From NCBI GenBank assembly GCA_963761425.1, contig CAVXGQ010000005.1, positions 316,760 through 380,759 of the forward strand: 64,000 nucleotides of DNA, written 5' to 3'. Shown here piece after piece: positions 10,692 through 20,461 of this stretch; the first letter of the stretch is position 1, and each line of letters starts with the position of its first letter. This DNA is from an uncultured Acidimicrobiaceae bacterium (GTDB lineage Bacteria; Actinomycetota; Acidimicrobiia; Acidimicrobiales; Bog-793). A model generated the notes under the pieces. It did not search any database and was not told the origin of the DNA. It was given only the letters and a program-made list of their open reading frames with translations. The translations under genes were made by a program, and so were the position numbers.

Positions 10692-10787
10692 CCGCCAGAG
10701 AAAGGCCGGCAGCTCGGCTTCGAGACCACATCGCCGCGCCGGATCGTTGGTGTCGGCCGCGGCCGAACGAGCAACGGGGGTGATTTG

Positions 10788-11825
10788 ATGGACTCGATCG
10801 AGCGGGTAGGGACCACGATCGCGCTGCGTGAGCCGGATCGTGTGCCAGTGGATCTACACAACTTCCAGCTCGCAGCGCGCGCCAGCGGCTTGCCGATGTC
10901 GCAGGTCTTCCGTGACGGAGCGCTGCTGGCCGAGGCCATGCTGGCGGCCTGGCGCGAATTCGGCCACGACATGATCCTCTTGGAGAACGGCACCGCCTGC
11001 AACGCCGAGGCCTGCGGCGTGGAGGTCCACTACCGCGATGACACCGCGCCAGTGGCCGGCCGTCCCCTTCTCGATTCCCTCGCCAAGGTGGGTGATCTGC
11101 AGGTGCCAGATCCCTATGTCACCTTCCCCATGTCCGAGATCCTCAAGGCGACCCGCATCCTCGCCCGCGAGATCGGTGACAAGGCCTGGATCTGCGCGCG
11201 TGCAGACCAAGGGCCGATGGACCTGGCGGCACAGCTTCGCGGCATGAGCGAATTCATGATGGATTTGGCCACTGGCGAAGAGGAGGAGCTGATCCAGGCG
11301 CTGCTCGACTTCGCGAGGCGCGTCGCGACGCGTTATGCCTACGCCCTGATCGAGTGCGGTGGTCGCTCCACCTCGATCGGCGAGCCGATGGCCGGGCCGG
11401 CCATGATCTCGCCACGGCACTACCGCCGGTATCCCTGGGCTCATGAGCGCCGCATGGTCGCCGAGCTCAAGGACCACGGCATCATCTTGCACCTGCACAT
11501 CTGTGGAGACACCGAGCGGATTACCGAGGATTTCATCTCGACCGGGGCGCCGGTGCTGGAGATCGACCACAAGACGGACGCGGCACGCCTCAAGGCGAAA
11601 GCGCGGACCACGACGTGCCTGCTCGGCAATATCGACACGAACCTCCTCGCACTCGGGACGCCCGACGAAGTTGACGCCTCCTGCCGCGAGCTCATCGAGA
11701 TCTGCAAGCCCGGCGGCGGCTTCATCCTCGGCCCGGGGTGTGCCATGGCCCCGACCACCCCGGCCGAGAACATTCATGCGCTCGTGGAGTCGGCAAAGAA
11801 GTACGGCTCTTACCGGAGTAGGTGA
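10788..11825 (+). CDS. MtaA/CmuA-like methylcobamide:thiol methyltransferase (UroD fold)
   Basis: PDRVPV, AEACG, HLHICG (H-x-C) and GPGC Zn motifs, LGNID. Confidence 0.8.
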   Translation: MDSIERVGTTIALREPDRVPVDLHNFQLAARASGLPMSQVFRDGALLAEAMLAAWREFGHDMILLENGTACNAEACGVEVHYRDDTAPVAGRPLLDSLAKVGDLQVPDPYVTFPMSEILKATRILAREIGDKAWICARADQGPMDLAAQLRGMSEFMMDLATGEEEELIQALLDFARRVATRYAYALIECGGRSTSIGEPMAGPAMISPRHYRRYPWAHERRMVAELKDHGIILHLHICGDTERITEDFISTGAPVLEIDHKTDAARLKAKARTTTCLLGNIDTNLLALGTPDEVDASCRELIEICKPGGGFILGPGCAMAPTTPAENIHALVESAKKYGSYRSR

Positions 11826-12162
11826 GCGCAGTCCGGGCATAGTGCCGGTGTGACTGGTGCCGCGGAACGGTGTCCTCGTTCCAACCCGTGGCGGGGAGCC
11901 CGGCAACCAATGGGTGGGCACGGGTTCGCGACCGTCGCCGCCGGGCCGCTGATGCACCCCAGAGCCACGACAGTGCGACTCAATCCCTGATCTTGGTAGC
12001 CGGTGGCACGCACGTATCCTTATGAGACATCGGTGCTCGCTCATCTGGTCACCACCACGGTTTCCATCACCTCACGGTGCTAAGGAACGTGTACCCAGTG
12101 GGTCGCATGGAGCCCGAAATTGGAGCGATGTGGTATGTCTTCGCTCGTCTGAGAGGAGCCCC

Positions 12163-14205
12163 ATGAGGGCGAACTCGGTTCTTTTCGCCCGGAGCGTTGC
12201 GGTTGGTGCGCTGTTCTTGTCAGGAATGACTCTTGCCACACTCACAGTGACATCGGCGGTCGGCGCAGCAGGGAGCAAGGCTTCCCAGGTTTCTCTGCCG
12301 GCGACGGCTGGGAGACCGCTCTCAGGCGTCAAGGTATTCGGTTGGGGGTTCGACGACCCCGCCGCCGTCGCTTCGGACGGGATTCACGTCTGGGTGGCGA
12401 ACTCGGGTGGCAACTCGGTCATTGAACTCTCGGTCTCGACCGGCGCCCTGGTCAGGGTGATCCGCGGCTCGACCTACGGGTTCGACAAACCCGACGCCGT
12501 CGCCTCGGACGCGACCCACGTCTGGGTGGCGAACGGGGCTGGCAACTCGCTCACTGAGTTTTCGGCCTCGACCGGCGCCCTGGTCAAGGTGATCCGGGGC
12601 GTGAACTACGGGTTCGACCACCCCGATGGCATAGCCAGGAGCGCGACCCACGTCTGGGTGGCGAACCGGCGTAGCAACTCGGTCACCGAGCTCTCGGCCT
12701 CGACCGGCGCCCTGGTCAGGGTGATCCGCGGCTCGAGGTACGGGTTCGACGGACCTCGGGGCATCGCCTTGGAGGGCAGCCACGTCTGGGTGGCGAACCA
12801 GGCTGGCAACTCGGTCACCGAGTTTTCGGCCTCGACCGGCGCCCTGGTCAGGGTCGACCGCGGCTCGAGGTACGGGTTCGGCGAGGTGGTCTCGGGCATT
12901 GGAGGCCTCGTAGTCCTCCCAGGCCCTTCAGCCATCGCCTCGGACGCGACCCACGTCTGGGTCGCAAACTCGAATGGCAACTCGGTTACCGAGCTCTCGG
13001 CCTCGACCGGCGCCCTGGTCAGGGTGATCCGCGGTTCGAGCTACGAGTTCGACTACCCCTTCAACTACCCCGAAGGCATAGCCAGGAGCGCGACCCACGT
13101 CTGGGTGGCGAACTCGAATGGCAACTCGGTCACCGAGCTCTCGGCCTCGACCGGCGCCCTGGTCAGGGTGATCCGCGGCTCGAGCTACGGGTTCGACGAC
13201 CCGGTCGCCGTCGCCTCGGATGGCAGCCACGTCTGGGTGGCGAACTTCGGTGGCAACTCGGTCACCGAGCTCTCGGCCTCGACCGGCGCCCTGGTCAGGG
13301 TGATCCGCGGCTCGATCTATGGGTTCGCCTACCCCTCGGGCATCGCCTCAGACGGCACCCACGTCTGGGTGGCGAACTACGACGGCAACTCGGTCACCGA
13401 GCTCTCGGCCTCGACCGGCGCCCTGGTCAGGGTGATCCGCGACTCGAGCTACGGGTTTGACTGTCCTTTAGGCATCGCCTCGGACGGCACCCACGTCTGG
13501 GTGGCGAATGTCTATGGCGACTCGGTCACCGAGCTCTCGGCCTCGACCGGCGCCCTGGTCAAGGTCGACAGCGGCGCGAGCTACGGGTTCGACAACCCCG
13601 ACGCCGTCGCCTCGGATGGGACGCATGTCTGGGTGCCGAACCGGGATGGCAACTCGGTCACCGAGCTCTCGGCCTCGACCGGAGCCCTGGTCAGGGTGAT
13701 CCGCGGCTCGAGCTACGGGTTCAACTACCCCGAAGGCATAGCCAGGAGCGCGACCCACGTCTGGGTGGCGAACCGGAATGGCAACTCGGTCACCGAGCTC
13801 TCGGCCTCGACCGGCGCCCTGGTCAGGGTGATCCGCGGCTCGAGCTACGGGTTCGACGACCCGGTCGCCGTCGCCTCGGATGGCAGCCACGTCTGGGTGG
13901 CGAACTTCGGTGGCAACTCGGTCACCGAGCTCTCGGCCTCGACCGGCGCCCTGGTCAAGGTCATCCGCGGCGCGAGCTACGGGTTCGATCCCGTCGCCGT
14001 CGCCTCGGACGGCACCCACGTCTGGGTCGCGAACTCGAATGGCAACTCGGTCACCGAGCTCTCGGTCCCGACCGGCGTCCTGGTCAAGGTGATCCGCGGC
14101 GCGAGCTACGGGTTCGACGACCCCGTCGCCGTCGCCTCGAAAGGGAGCCACGTCTGGGTGGCGAACTCGAATGGCATGTCGGTCACTGAGTTCTCAGCGT
14201 CGTGA
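12163..14205 (+). CDS. Secreted YncE/YVTN/NHL-like beta-propeller repeat protein
   Basis: RBS GAGAGGAG; signal-peptide-like N-terminus; 14 copies of a 44-aa repeat GFDxPxxxASDxTHVWVANxxGNSVTELSASTGALV. Confidence 0.85.
   Translation: MRANSVLFARSVAVGALFLSGMTLATLTVTSAVGAAGSKASQVSLPATAGRPLSGVKVFGWGFDDPAAVASDGIHVWVANSGGNSVIELSVSTGALVRVIRGSTYGFDKPDAVASDATHVWVANGAGNSLTEFSASTGALVKVIRGVNYGFDHPDGIARSATHVWVANRRSNSVTELSASTGALVRVIRGSRYGFDGPRGIALEGSHVWVANQAGNSVTEFSASTGALVRVDRGSRYGFGEVVSGIGGLVVLPGPSAIASDATHVWVANSNGNSVTELSASTGALVRVIRGSSYEFDYPFNYPEGIARSATHVWVANSNGNSVTELSASTGALVRVIRGSSYGFDDPVAVASDGSHVWVANFGGNSVTELSASTGALVRVIRGSIYGFAYPSGIASDGTHVWVANYDGNSVTELSASTGALVRVIRDSSYGFDCPLGIASDGTHVWVANVYGDSVTELSASTGALVKVDSGASYGFDNPDAVASDGTHVWVPNRDGNSVTELSASTGALVRVIRGSSYGFNYPEGIARSATHVWVANRNGNSVTELSASTGALVRVIRGSSYGFDDPVAVASDGSHVWVANFGGNSVTELSASTGALVKVIRGASYGFDPVAVASDGTHVWVANSNGNSVTELSVPTGVLVKVIRGASYGFDDPVAVASKGSHVWVANSNGMSVTEFSAS
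12346..14200 (+). repeat. Coding tandem repeat, ~132-bp unit x14
   Basis: CACGTCTGGGTGGCGAAC...AACTCGGTCACCGAGCTCTCGGCCTCGACCGGCGCCCTGGTCA recurs with a ~132-bp period. Confidence 0.95.
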
Positions 14206-14634
14206 CCGCAGCCAGGATTGGGGACAGCCTCCCTTGGGTGGGGCGGCATGGGCGGCTCTAATCTCCTTCGGACCTGATCCGCTGGGATTCATTGCGCGGG
14301 TCTCCCTCTCTCGAAGCTTGCGACAGCCAGGAGAATGGCGAGGCCCCTTGCCGCGCCGCTGGATACCTATCCGAGCGCGGCGAAGCGTGCATGATCCCCG
14401 GTTCCTTGAGAAGAGCTCGATTTGGTGCCGCCAGGCGTGACGACTTCTCGACTGCAACTCCCCGCCGAACTCCGCGACGCACGGCAAGAGCGGGGAACAT
14501 ACCTGTAGGTAGACGGCACAATTGGCGAACAACGGCAAGCGCCGATATCGACACGGCAGGTCTTGAAAGATGACGGTGTCCTCATCCCAGCCCGCTTGGA
14601 TGACCCAGTGACGTGCTTGATCCGTCGGGAGGTC

Positions 14635-15093
14635 TCAGCTACCCGCCGCGAGATGAACCGCGTCGATGATCTTCTGGTAGCCGGTGCAGCGGCAGAGGTT
14701 TCCGGAGAGAGCCTCGCGGATCTGCGCGTCGTCGGGAACGGTGACCCGCCGGAGCAGATCGTGGGTGGCCATGACGAAGCCGGGGGTGCAGAACCCGCAC
14801 TGGACGGCGCCCGCTTCGACGAAGGCCCGCTGGATGGAATCGAGCGTCCCCTCGGGGGAGAGCCCCTCGACTGTCACGACAGCCCGGCTCTCGGCTTGAC
14901 CGGCGGGGACGAGACAGGCGCAGACGAGCAGGTCGTCGAGGTAGACGGAGCACGATCCGCACTCGCCCTGTTCGCAGGCGTTCTTCGTGCCCACGAGGCC
15001 GAGCTCGTCGCGCAACAGGCTGAGCAGGCTGGCGCCCTCCTCGACGCCATCGGCGACGCGGAGCTGGCCGTTGACGGTCAACGAGACCCTCAT
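14635..15093 (-). CDS. Xanthine-dehydrogenase-family 2Fe-2S subunit
   Basis: CEQGECGSC, QCGFCTPG and GNLCRCTGY motifs. Confidence 0.95.
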   Translation of the reverse strand: MRVSLTVNGQLRVADGVEEGASLLSLLRDELGLVGTKNACEQGECGSCSVYLDDLLVCACLVPAGQAESRAVVTVEGLSPEGTLDSIQRAFVEAGAVQCGFCTPGFVMATHDLLRRVTVPDDAQIREALSGNLCRCTGYQKIIDAVHLAAGS

Positions 15094-15962
15094 GGGGCGT
15101 TCCCCCGGTACTCCTCCCAGCACCACGAAAGGGCGCGCCGGGCGAGGACCTCGAGCGCATGCCGTCGGTAGGCGGCCGAACCGCGCACGTCGTCGATCGG
15201 TCTCGCCGCTTCGGCGACCAGGCGGGCGAAATGGTCGATCACGGCGTCAGAAAGAGCCGGCCGCGCTTCCCACGCGCCGATCTCGCCGAGATGCTCCTCG
15301 AGGAACTCCTCGGCCAGCCGGGCTGGCAACGGCACCGGTCCGGCGGAGCCGATCCCGGTACCGACACGGCCGATTTCGGGGTGGAGAGCCAGTGAGAACG
15401 AGCAGATCGCGATGACCATGGCATTGCGCGATCCCACCTTGGAAAAGGTCTGGGGACCGCTCGCCGTCGGGACCCACACCGCGGCGATCAGCTCGTCTGG
15501 ACGAAGGACGCTGCGTTTCGGACCGGAGAAGTATTCGGCGACGGGGACGGTCCGGCTGGCGTGGAGGGAGGCGAGCTCGACCTCGGCGCGACAGGCGAGC
15601 AGTGGCGGGTGGCAATCCCCGGCGGGGGACGCCGAGCCGAGGTTGCCACCGATCGTGCCGCGGTTGCGGATCGGCGGGGAACCGACGGTGCGAGCAGCGG
15701 TGGCGAGGCCGGGGAGGTCGCCGGCGAGGTCAGCGATGATCGTCGAGTAGGTGACCCCGGAGCCCACCCGGACCTGCCCGTTCTCCCGGCCAAAGGTGCG
15801 CAGCTCGTCAAGCTGCGACAGATCAAGGAAGGCCGGCGGACGGAGACGACCGAAGTTGCACTCGACCATGACGTCGGTGCCGCCGGCGACGACCACGGCC
15901 TCGGGGTGTGCGGATCGTTCGGCGAGCGCCTCCGCCCAGCTCGTCGGCCGGATGAACGTCAT
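15090..15962 (-). CDS. Xanthine-dehydrogenase-family FAD-binding subunit
   Basis: AGGTD, IRNRGTIGGNLGSASPAGD and PIDDVRGSAAYRR motifs. Confidence 0.93.
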   Translation of the reverse strand: MTFIRPTSWAEALAERSAHPEAVVVAGGTDVMVECNFGRLRPPAFLDLSQLDELRTFGRENGQVRVGSGVTYSTIIADLAGDLPGLATAARTVGSPPIRNRGTIGGNLGSASPAGDCHPPLLACRAEVELASLHASRTVPVAEYFSGPKRSVLRPDELIAAVWVPTASGPQTFSKVGSRNAMVIAICSFSLALHPEIGRVGTGIGSAGPVPLPARLAEEFLEEHLGEIGAWEARPALSDAVIDHFARLVAEAARPIDDVRGSAAYRRHALEVLARRALSWCWEEYRGNAP

Positions 15963-16044
15963 GGCGCCATGGTGCCACCGCACCATGGCCTCACCCGGGA
16001 CGCGCTCAAAGGACCACGTCGCATCGAAAAAGATTCCGCGCGGT

Positions 16045-18435
16045 TCACATCAACTTCTGCTGGCCGGAGCTCATCTGGAAATAGAAAGGGACCGCCTGCT
16101 GGCCCGGTACGTCGGGCGACGGGGGAGGGCCCGTCGTCAGGGCGGGACCGCGCAGCCCGACCAGCTCGTCCGGCGTCACCGGCGCCCGGTTTAGCTCCCG
16201 CCCGGTCGCGTCGCGCAGGGCGGCAACGACGGCTGCGGTGGCGACGATGGTCGGCGACTCGCCGATGCCCTTCAGGCCATACGGGACGCCCGGTTCGGGT
16301 TCTTCGACCGCCACCGTGACGACCGGCGGCATGTCGAGGATGGTGGGGATGAGGTAGTCGGTGAACGACGGGTTGCGGATGGCGCCTTCTTGGAGCTGGA
16401 TCTCCTCCATCAGTCCGAGGCCGAGTCCCTGGGCGGTGCCCCCTTCGACCTGGCCGGTGAGTCCCAGGGGGTTGAGCACCCGGCCGGCATCGATCGCCGC
16501 CGCCACCTGCAGGACGCGCACCAACCCGAGGTCCTCGTCCACCTCGACGACCGCCCGCTCGGCCGCGAAGGCGAAGCAGACGTGGATGTCCCCCTGGCCG
16601 TTCTCGTCGAAGTGCCCGGTCGGGCGGTGGTGATAGACGGCCTCGGCGGAGGCCGGCTCGTCGAGCAGCTCCGCGAGCTCGACGAGGGGAGCACCGTCGG
16701 CGGCGACCCAGCCGTCGGCGAGCGAGAGCTCGACGCCGGGCGGGCGGGTCCCGGAACGAGCGCGGGCGCGCTGGAAAAGCTCCTCGCGGACCGCGGCGCA
16801 GGCCATCTGCACCGCGCCGCCCGCCATCATCGACTGGCGCGAGGCGGAGGTGGATCCGGCCCCCCCGATCAGGGTGTCGATCGGGTGCATGACCACCCGG
16901 TCCACCTCCAGCTCGGTGCGGACCACCTGGGCGAGCAAGGTGTACAGGCCCTGGCCCATCTCGACCGCCGCGGTGTAGATCTCCGCCTCCGGTCCGTCGG
17001 GGGTGCGGGCGAGGGTGATGCGGGCGGTGGCCGAGTCGTCGAAACCCTCGCTGAAGGCCACGTTCTTGTACCCGACGGCGAAGCCCACCCCCCGCCGGAT
17101 CCCCTCGCCGTGGGTGACGTTGCCCGCCCCTCCGGGATAGTGCATGCGGTCTCGGCCCGACGCCGGTTCCACCTCGGGCAGCGGGACGGCCGTGCAGCGC
17201 TCGATCAGCTCCCGCACCGGGGCGCTGCCCTCGACGACCTGTCCGGTCGGCAACACCGAGCCGGTACTGAGCGCGTTGATCAGCCTCAGCTCGACCGGGT
17301 CGATCCCGAGGGCACGGGCCAGCTTGTCCATCTGGGCCTCGTGCGCGAAGCACGCCTGGGGGGCGCCGAACCCCCGCATGGCCCCGCACGGGGGGTTGTT
17401 GGTGTAGACGACGGTGCCCTCCACCTGGACGTGGGGCACTTCGTACGGACCGGCCGCCATGCTCGCCGCGTTGCCGAGGACCGCCGGGGAGGACGAGGCG
17501 TAGGCGCCGCCGTCGAGCATCAACCGAATCTTCAGGGCGACCAGGTGACCGTCGCGGCTGGCGCCGTGCCGCATCCAGATCCGGGAGGGGTGGCGGTGGA
17601 CGTGGCCGTGGAAGGACTCCTCCCGGCCGTAGCTGAACTTCACCGGTCGGCCGGTCCGTAGCGCCAGCAGACAGGCGTGGATCTGTATGTGGATGTCCTC
17701 GCGGGACCCGAAGGCCCCTCCGACCCCCGCCAGGTGCAAGCGAACCTTGTCCGCTGGCAACCCGAGGCACGGCGCGATCTGTTCCTGGTCCACGTGCAGC
17801 CACTGAGTCGTGACGTAGAGGTCGACCCCGCCGTCTTCGGCTGGCACCGCCAGCCCGGCCTCCGGACCCAGGGCCGCCTGGTCCTGCATGGCCGTCTCGT
17901 AGTAGCCCTCCACCCACACGTCGGCCCGAGCCGAGTCGGGTTCGCCGTGGACGATGTGCACGTGGCGCAGGACATTCCCGAACTCGTGGAGTCGTGGGGC
18001 GTCGGGAGAGAGCGCTTCTTCCATGTCATAGACGCCGGGCAAGGGCTCGTAGTCGACGGCGATGCGCCGCAGCGCTTGCTGGGCGCGTTCGGGAGAGGTG
18101 GCCGCGACCACCGCGATCGGCTCCCCCGAGTAGCGCACCACGTCTTCGGCCAGAACCGGCTGGTCGAAGAAATTCAGCCCGAACCGGTTCGTCCCGGGAA
18201 CGTCGGAAGCGACCATGACCGCCGCGACCCCGGGGCTCGCCACGGCCGAGGCGATGTCGACCCGCCGGACGCGGGCGTGGGCCAGAGGCGAGCGCAATGT
18301 CGCTCCGAAGAGCATTCCGTCGCGGTGCAGATCGCTCGCGTAGGCGAACGATCCCATCACCTTGGGTACCCCGTCCATGCGCGGGGCGGCCTCTCCAACC
18401 CGACCTCGGGTCCCGACGGTGATGGTCGTGGTCAA
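16045..18435 (-). CDS. Xanthine-dehydrogenase-family molybdopterin-binding subunit (PucD-like)
   Basis: RMDGVPKVMG, LRSPLAHA, GGAFGSRE, AMRGFGAPQ, EMGQG and KGIGE motifs. Confidence 0.93.
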   Translation of the reverse strand: MTTTITVGTRGRVGEAAPRMDGVPKVMGSFAYASDLHRDGMLFGATLRSPLAHARVRRVDIASAVASPGVAAVMVASDVPGTNRFGLNFFDQPVLAEDVVRYSGEPIAVVAATSPERAQQALRRIAVDYEPLPGVYDMEEALSPDAPRLHEFGNVLRHVHIVHGEPDSARADVWVEGYYETAMQDQAALGPEAGLAVPAEDGGVDLYVTTQWLHVDQEQIAPCLGLPADKVRLHLAGVGGAFGSREDIHIQIHACLLALRTGRPVKFSYGREESFHGHVHRHPSRIWMRHGASRDGHLVALKIRLMLDGGAYASSSPAVLGNAASMAAGPYEVPHVQVEGTVVYTNNPPCGAMRGFGAPQACFAHEAQMDKLARALGIDPVELRLINALSTGSVLPTGQVVEGSAPVRELIERCTAVPLPEVEPASGRDRMHYPGGAGNVTHGEGIRRGVGFAVGYKNVAFSEGFDDSATARITLARTPDGPEAEIYTAAVEMGQGLYTLLAQVVRTELEVDRVVMHPIDTLIGGAGSTSASRQSMMAGGAVQMACAAVREELFQRARARSGTRPPGVELSLADGWVAADGAPLVELAELLDEPASAEAVYHHRPTGHFDENGQGDIHVCFAFAAERAVVEVDEDLGLVRVLQVAAAIDAGRVLNPLGLTGQVEGGTAQGLGLGLMEEIQLQEGAIRNPSFTDYLIPTILDMPPVVTVAVEEPEPGVPYGLKGIGESPTIVATAAVVAALRDATGRELNRAPVTPDELVGLRGPALTTGPPPSPDVPGQQAVPFYFQMSSGQQKLM

Positions 18436-18515
18436 CGGCGCTCTCTCGGCGTGAACCCTAGCGGGCCGGTCGCGCCAGCTTGTCGGGGTGCGGGAGGGCC
18501 ATCGCGAGGAGGCGG

Positions 18516-19673
18516 TTACGAGCCGGGTTGGTGGATGGGCCCCTCCGTGGCATGGAGCGGCGAGCCGGCGTGGTCCCGAGTGTGTGAGGCGATGATCTCG
18601 GCGCAGATGGAGACCGCGGTCTCTTCGGGGGTGCGTGCCCCGATGTCGAGACCGATCGGCGCTCTGATCCGGGACATCGCGGTCGCGTCCACCCCGGCCT
18701 CGCGTAGCCGCCTTCTCCGCTCGGCCGTCGTCCGGCGAGACCCCATGGCCCCGATGTAGCCGACCCGGGTGCCGAGGGCGGCGACCAGGGCCGGTACGTC
18801 GAACTTGGGATCGTGGGTGAGGACGCAGATGGCGTCCCGTTCGCCCAGCGTTGGCCCGACCGTCGCCAGGTGGCGGTCGGGCCAGTCGACAACGACTTCG
18901 TCAGCCGAGGGGAACCGGTCCGCCGTGGCGAAGACGGGGCGGGCGTCGCACACCGTGACCTGGTAACCGAGGATCTTGGCCACCTTGACGAGGGCGGCGG
19001 TGAAGTCCACCGCTCCGAAGATGACCATGCGCGGTGGTGCCGCGAAGGCCTCGATGAAGACCGCCACGTCCTGGAGGCGGGCCTCCCCCCGGGGGCCGTA
19101 GCGGCGAATCGCGGTCGTGCCGGCGTCGAGGTGACCGAGCGCGTCCCGCCGTACCGCATCGTCGAGGTCCGGCGGGCCCAGCGAGCCGAGCGACCGGCCA
19201 TCCGGCCGCACGAGCATCGTCGCCCCGGGCACGGCCAAGAGATCGTCTCTTTCCTCATGTCCGGCCGGGCTGTTGATCTCGACCACGGTGGCCAGCGCCA
19301 CCGGTTGACGCGCGGACAGGTGCTCGCGCAGCACTTCAAGGAGCCGGTCTCCCCACCCTTGGGGTCCCAGCGGCTCGACGAACAGTCGGACGGTCCCACC
19401 ACAGGTGAGGCCGACGGCGAAGGCTTGGTCATCGGAATAGCCGAAAGTCGACAGATGCGGTTTCCCGGTCGCCAGCACTTCGAGCGCGTCGGATACCACC
19501 GCCGACTCCACGCACCCCCCGGAGACCGACCCGGCGACCTCGCCGTCCTCGCTCACGGCCATCGAGGCTCCCGGTTCGCGGGGGGCCGAACCTTCGACGC
19601 CCACCACTCGGGCCAGCGCCACCTGTCGACCCGCCTGCCGCCACCGGTCGATTTGGTCGAGGAGCTCTTCCAC
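18516..19673 (-). CDS. xdhC: XdhC/CoxI-family Moco insertion protein
   Basis: GSAPREPGA, GSVSGGCVE, VGLTCGG, LTHDPKFD, YIGAMGSR and PIGLDIGARTPEETA motifs; GTG start inferred. Confidence 0.92.
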   Translation of the reverse strand: MEELLDQIDRWRQAGRQVALARVVGVEGSAPREPGASMAVSEDGEVAGSVSGGCVESAVVSDALEVLATGKPHLSTFGYSDDQAFAVGLTCGGTVRLFVEPLGPQGWGDRLLEVLREHLSARQPVALATVVEINSPAGHEERDDLLAVPGATMLVRPDGRSLGSLGPPDLDDAVRRDALGHLDAGTTAIRRYGPRGEARLQDVAVFIEAFAAPPRMVIFGAVDFTAALVKVAKILGYQVTVCDARPVFATADRFPSADEVVVDWPDRHLATVGPTLGERDAICVLTHDPKFDVPALVAALGTRVGYIGAMGSRRTTAERRRRLREAGVDATAMSRIRAPIGLDIGARTPEETAVSICAEIIASHTRDHAGSPLHATEGPIHQPGS

Positions 19674-19882
19674 CGGGTAGAGCGTAAGGGTGCCGCGGAA
19701 AAGCTGCCACGCGCGATTCACCCCGGGCATGGCCCAGAGCGGCGGCCTCTTCGTCGAGCCGCCACGCCGCAGAATCTGGCTGATCCGGGTCGGAGCCGGG
19801 CCGCGGGCCCCCGCGACCGGGTCCTCGATTCCCCGGCCAGGCGGTTTTGTCTCGGGCGGTGCGGCCTACGATCGAAGGCGCG

Positions 19883-20353
19883 ATGACCGGGGACGAGGAG
19901 AACTGGATCGCGGTCACGGCCGAGGAGCTGCCGGTGGCCCGGGCGCTGGCCTGGGCGTCTCAGCCGGACTGCGGGGGGGTCGTCGCCTTCTGCGGGTCGG
20001 TGCGCGATCAGTCGGCGGGCCGCCCGGGAGTGGTGAGCCTGGAGTACGAGGCCTACGAGACTTACGCCGCGACCAAGATGTCCGAGGTTGCCCGCGCGGT
20101 CCGAGCCCGGTTTACCCAGGTGCGGCGGATCGCCCTTCTGCATCGCGTCGGGGTCCTGTCGGTGGGCGAGGTGTCGGTGGCGGTGGTCGTCGCTGCCCCG
20201 CACCGATCCGAGGCTTTCGAGGCCGCCCGGGTCTGCCTCGATCTGGTCAAGGCGACGGTGCCGATCTGGAAGCGCGAAACCTGGGCCGGTGGTTCCGACT
20301 GGGGCCAGGGCGCGCGGGCGATCCTCGACGTATCCGAGGTCGAGGTTCCCTGA
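19883..20353 (+). CDS. moaE: Molybdopterin synthase catalytic subunit
   Basis: FCGSVRD, LEYEAY, HRVG, APHR and KATVPIWKRE motifs. Confidence 0.93.
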   Translation: MTGDEENWIAVTAEELPVARALAWASQPDCGGVVAFCGSVRDQSAGRPGVVSLEYEAYETYAATKMSEVARAVRARFTQVRRIALLHRVGVLSVGEVSVAVVVAAPHRSEAFEAARVCLDLVKATVPIWKRETWAGGSDWGQGARAILDVSEVEVP

Positions 20354-20461
20354 TTCGGCCGGTTTGCGCCCATTGTTTCCGCAGCCCGAGGGGTTCTGAT
20401 AGGTGCCTGGCGGGTAATTCCCCACCACTTGGTGAATGTTCTGAGGCTGTAGTCTCCCGAG

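Noticed and set aside
12346-14200. Regular repeats as a CRISPR array or DGR
   Set aside because: They are in-frame coding repeats without unique spacers; there are no cas genes or reverse transcriptase, and no clear adenine-specific variation
14635-18435. Aerobic CO dehydrogenase (form I)
   Set aside because: The active-site loop is AMRGFG, not AYxCSFR; context favours a purine hydroxylase/reductase
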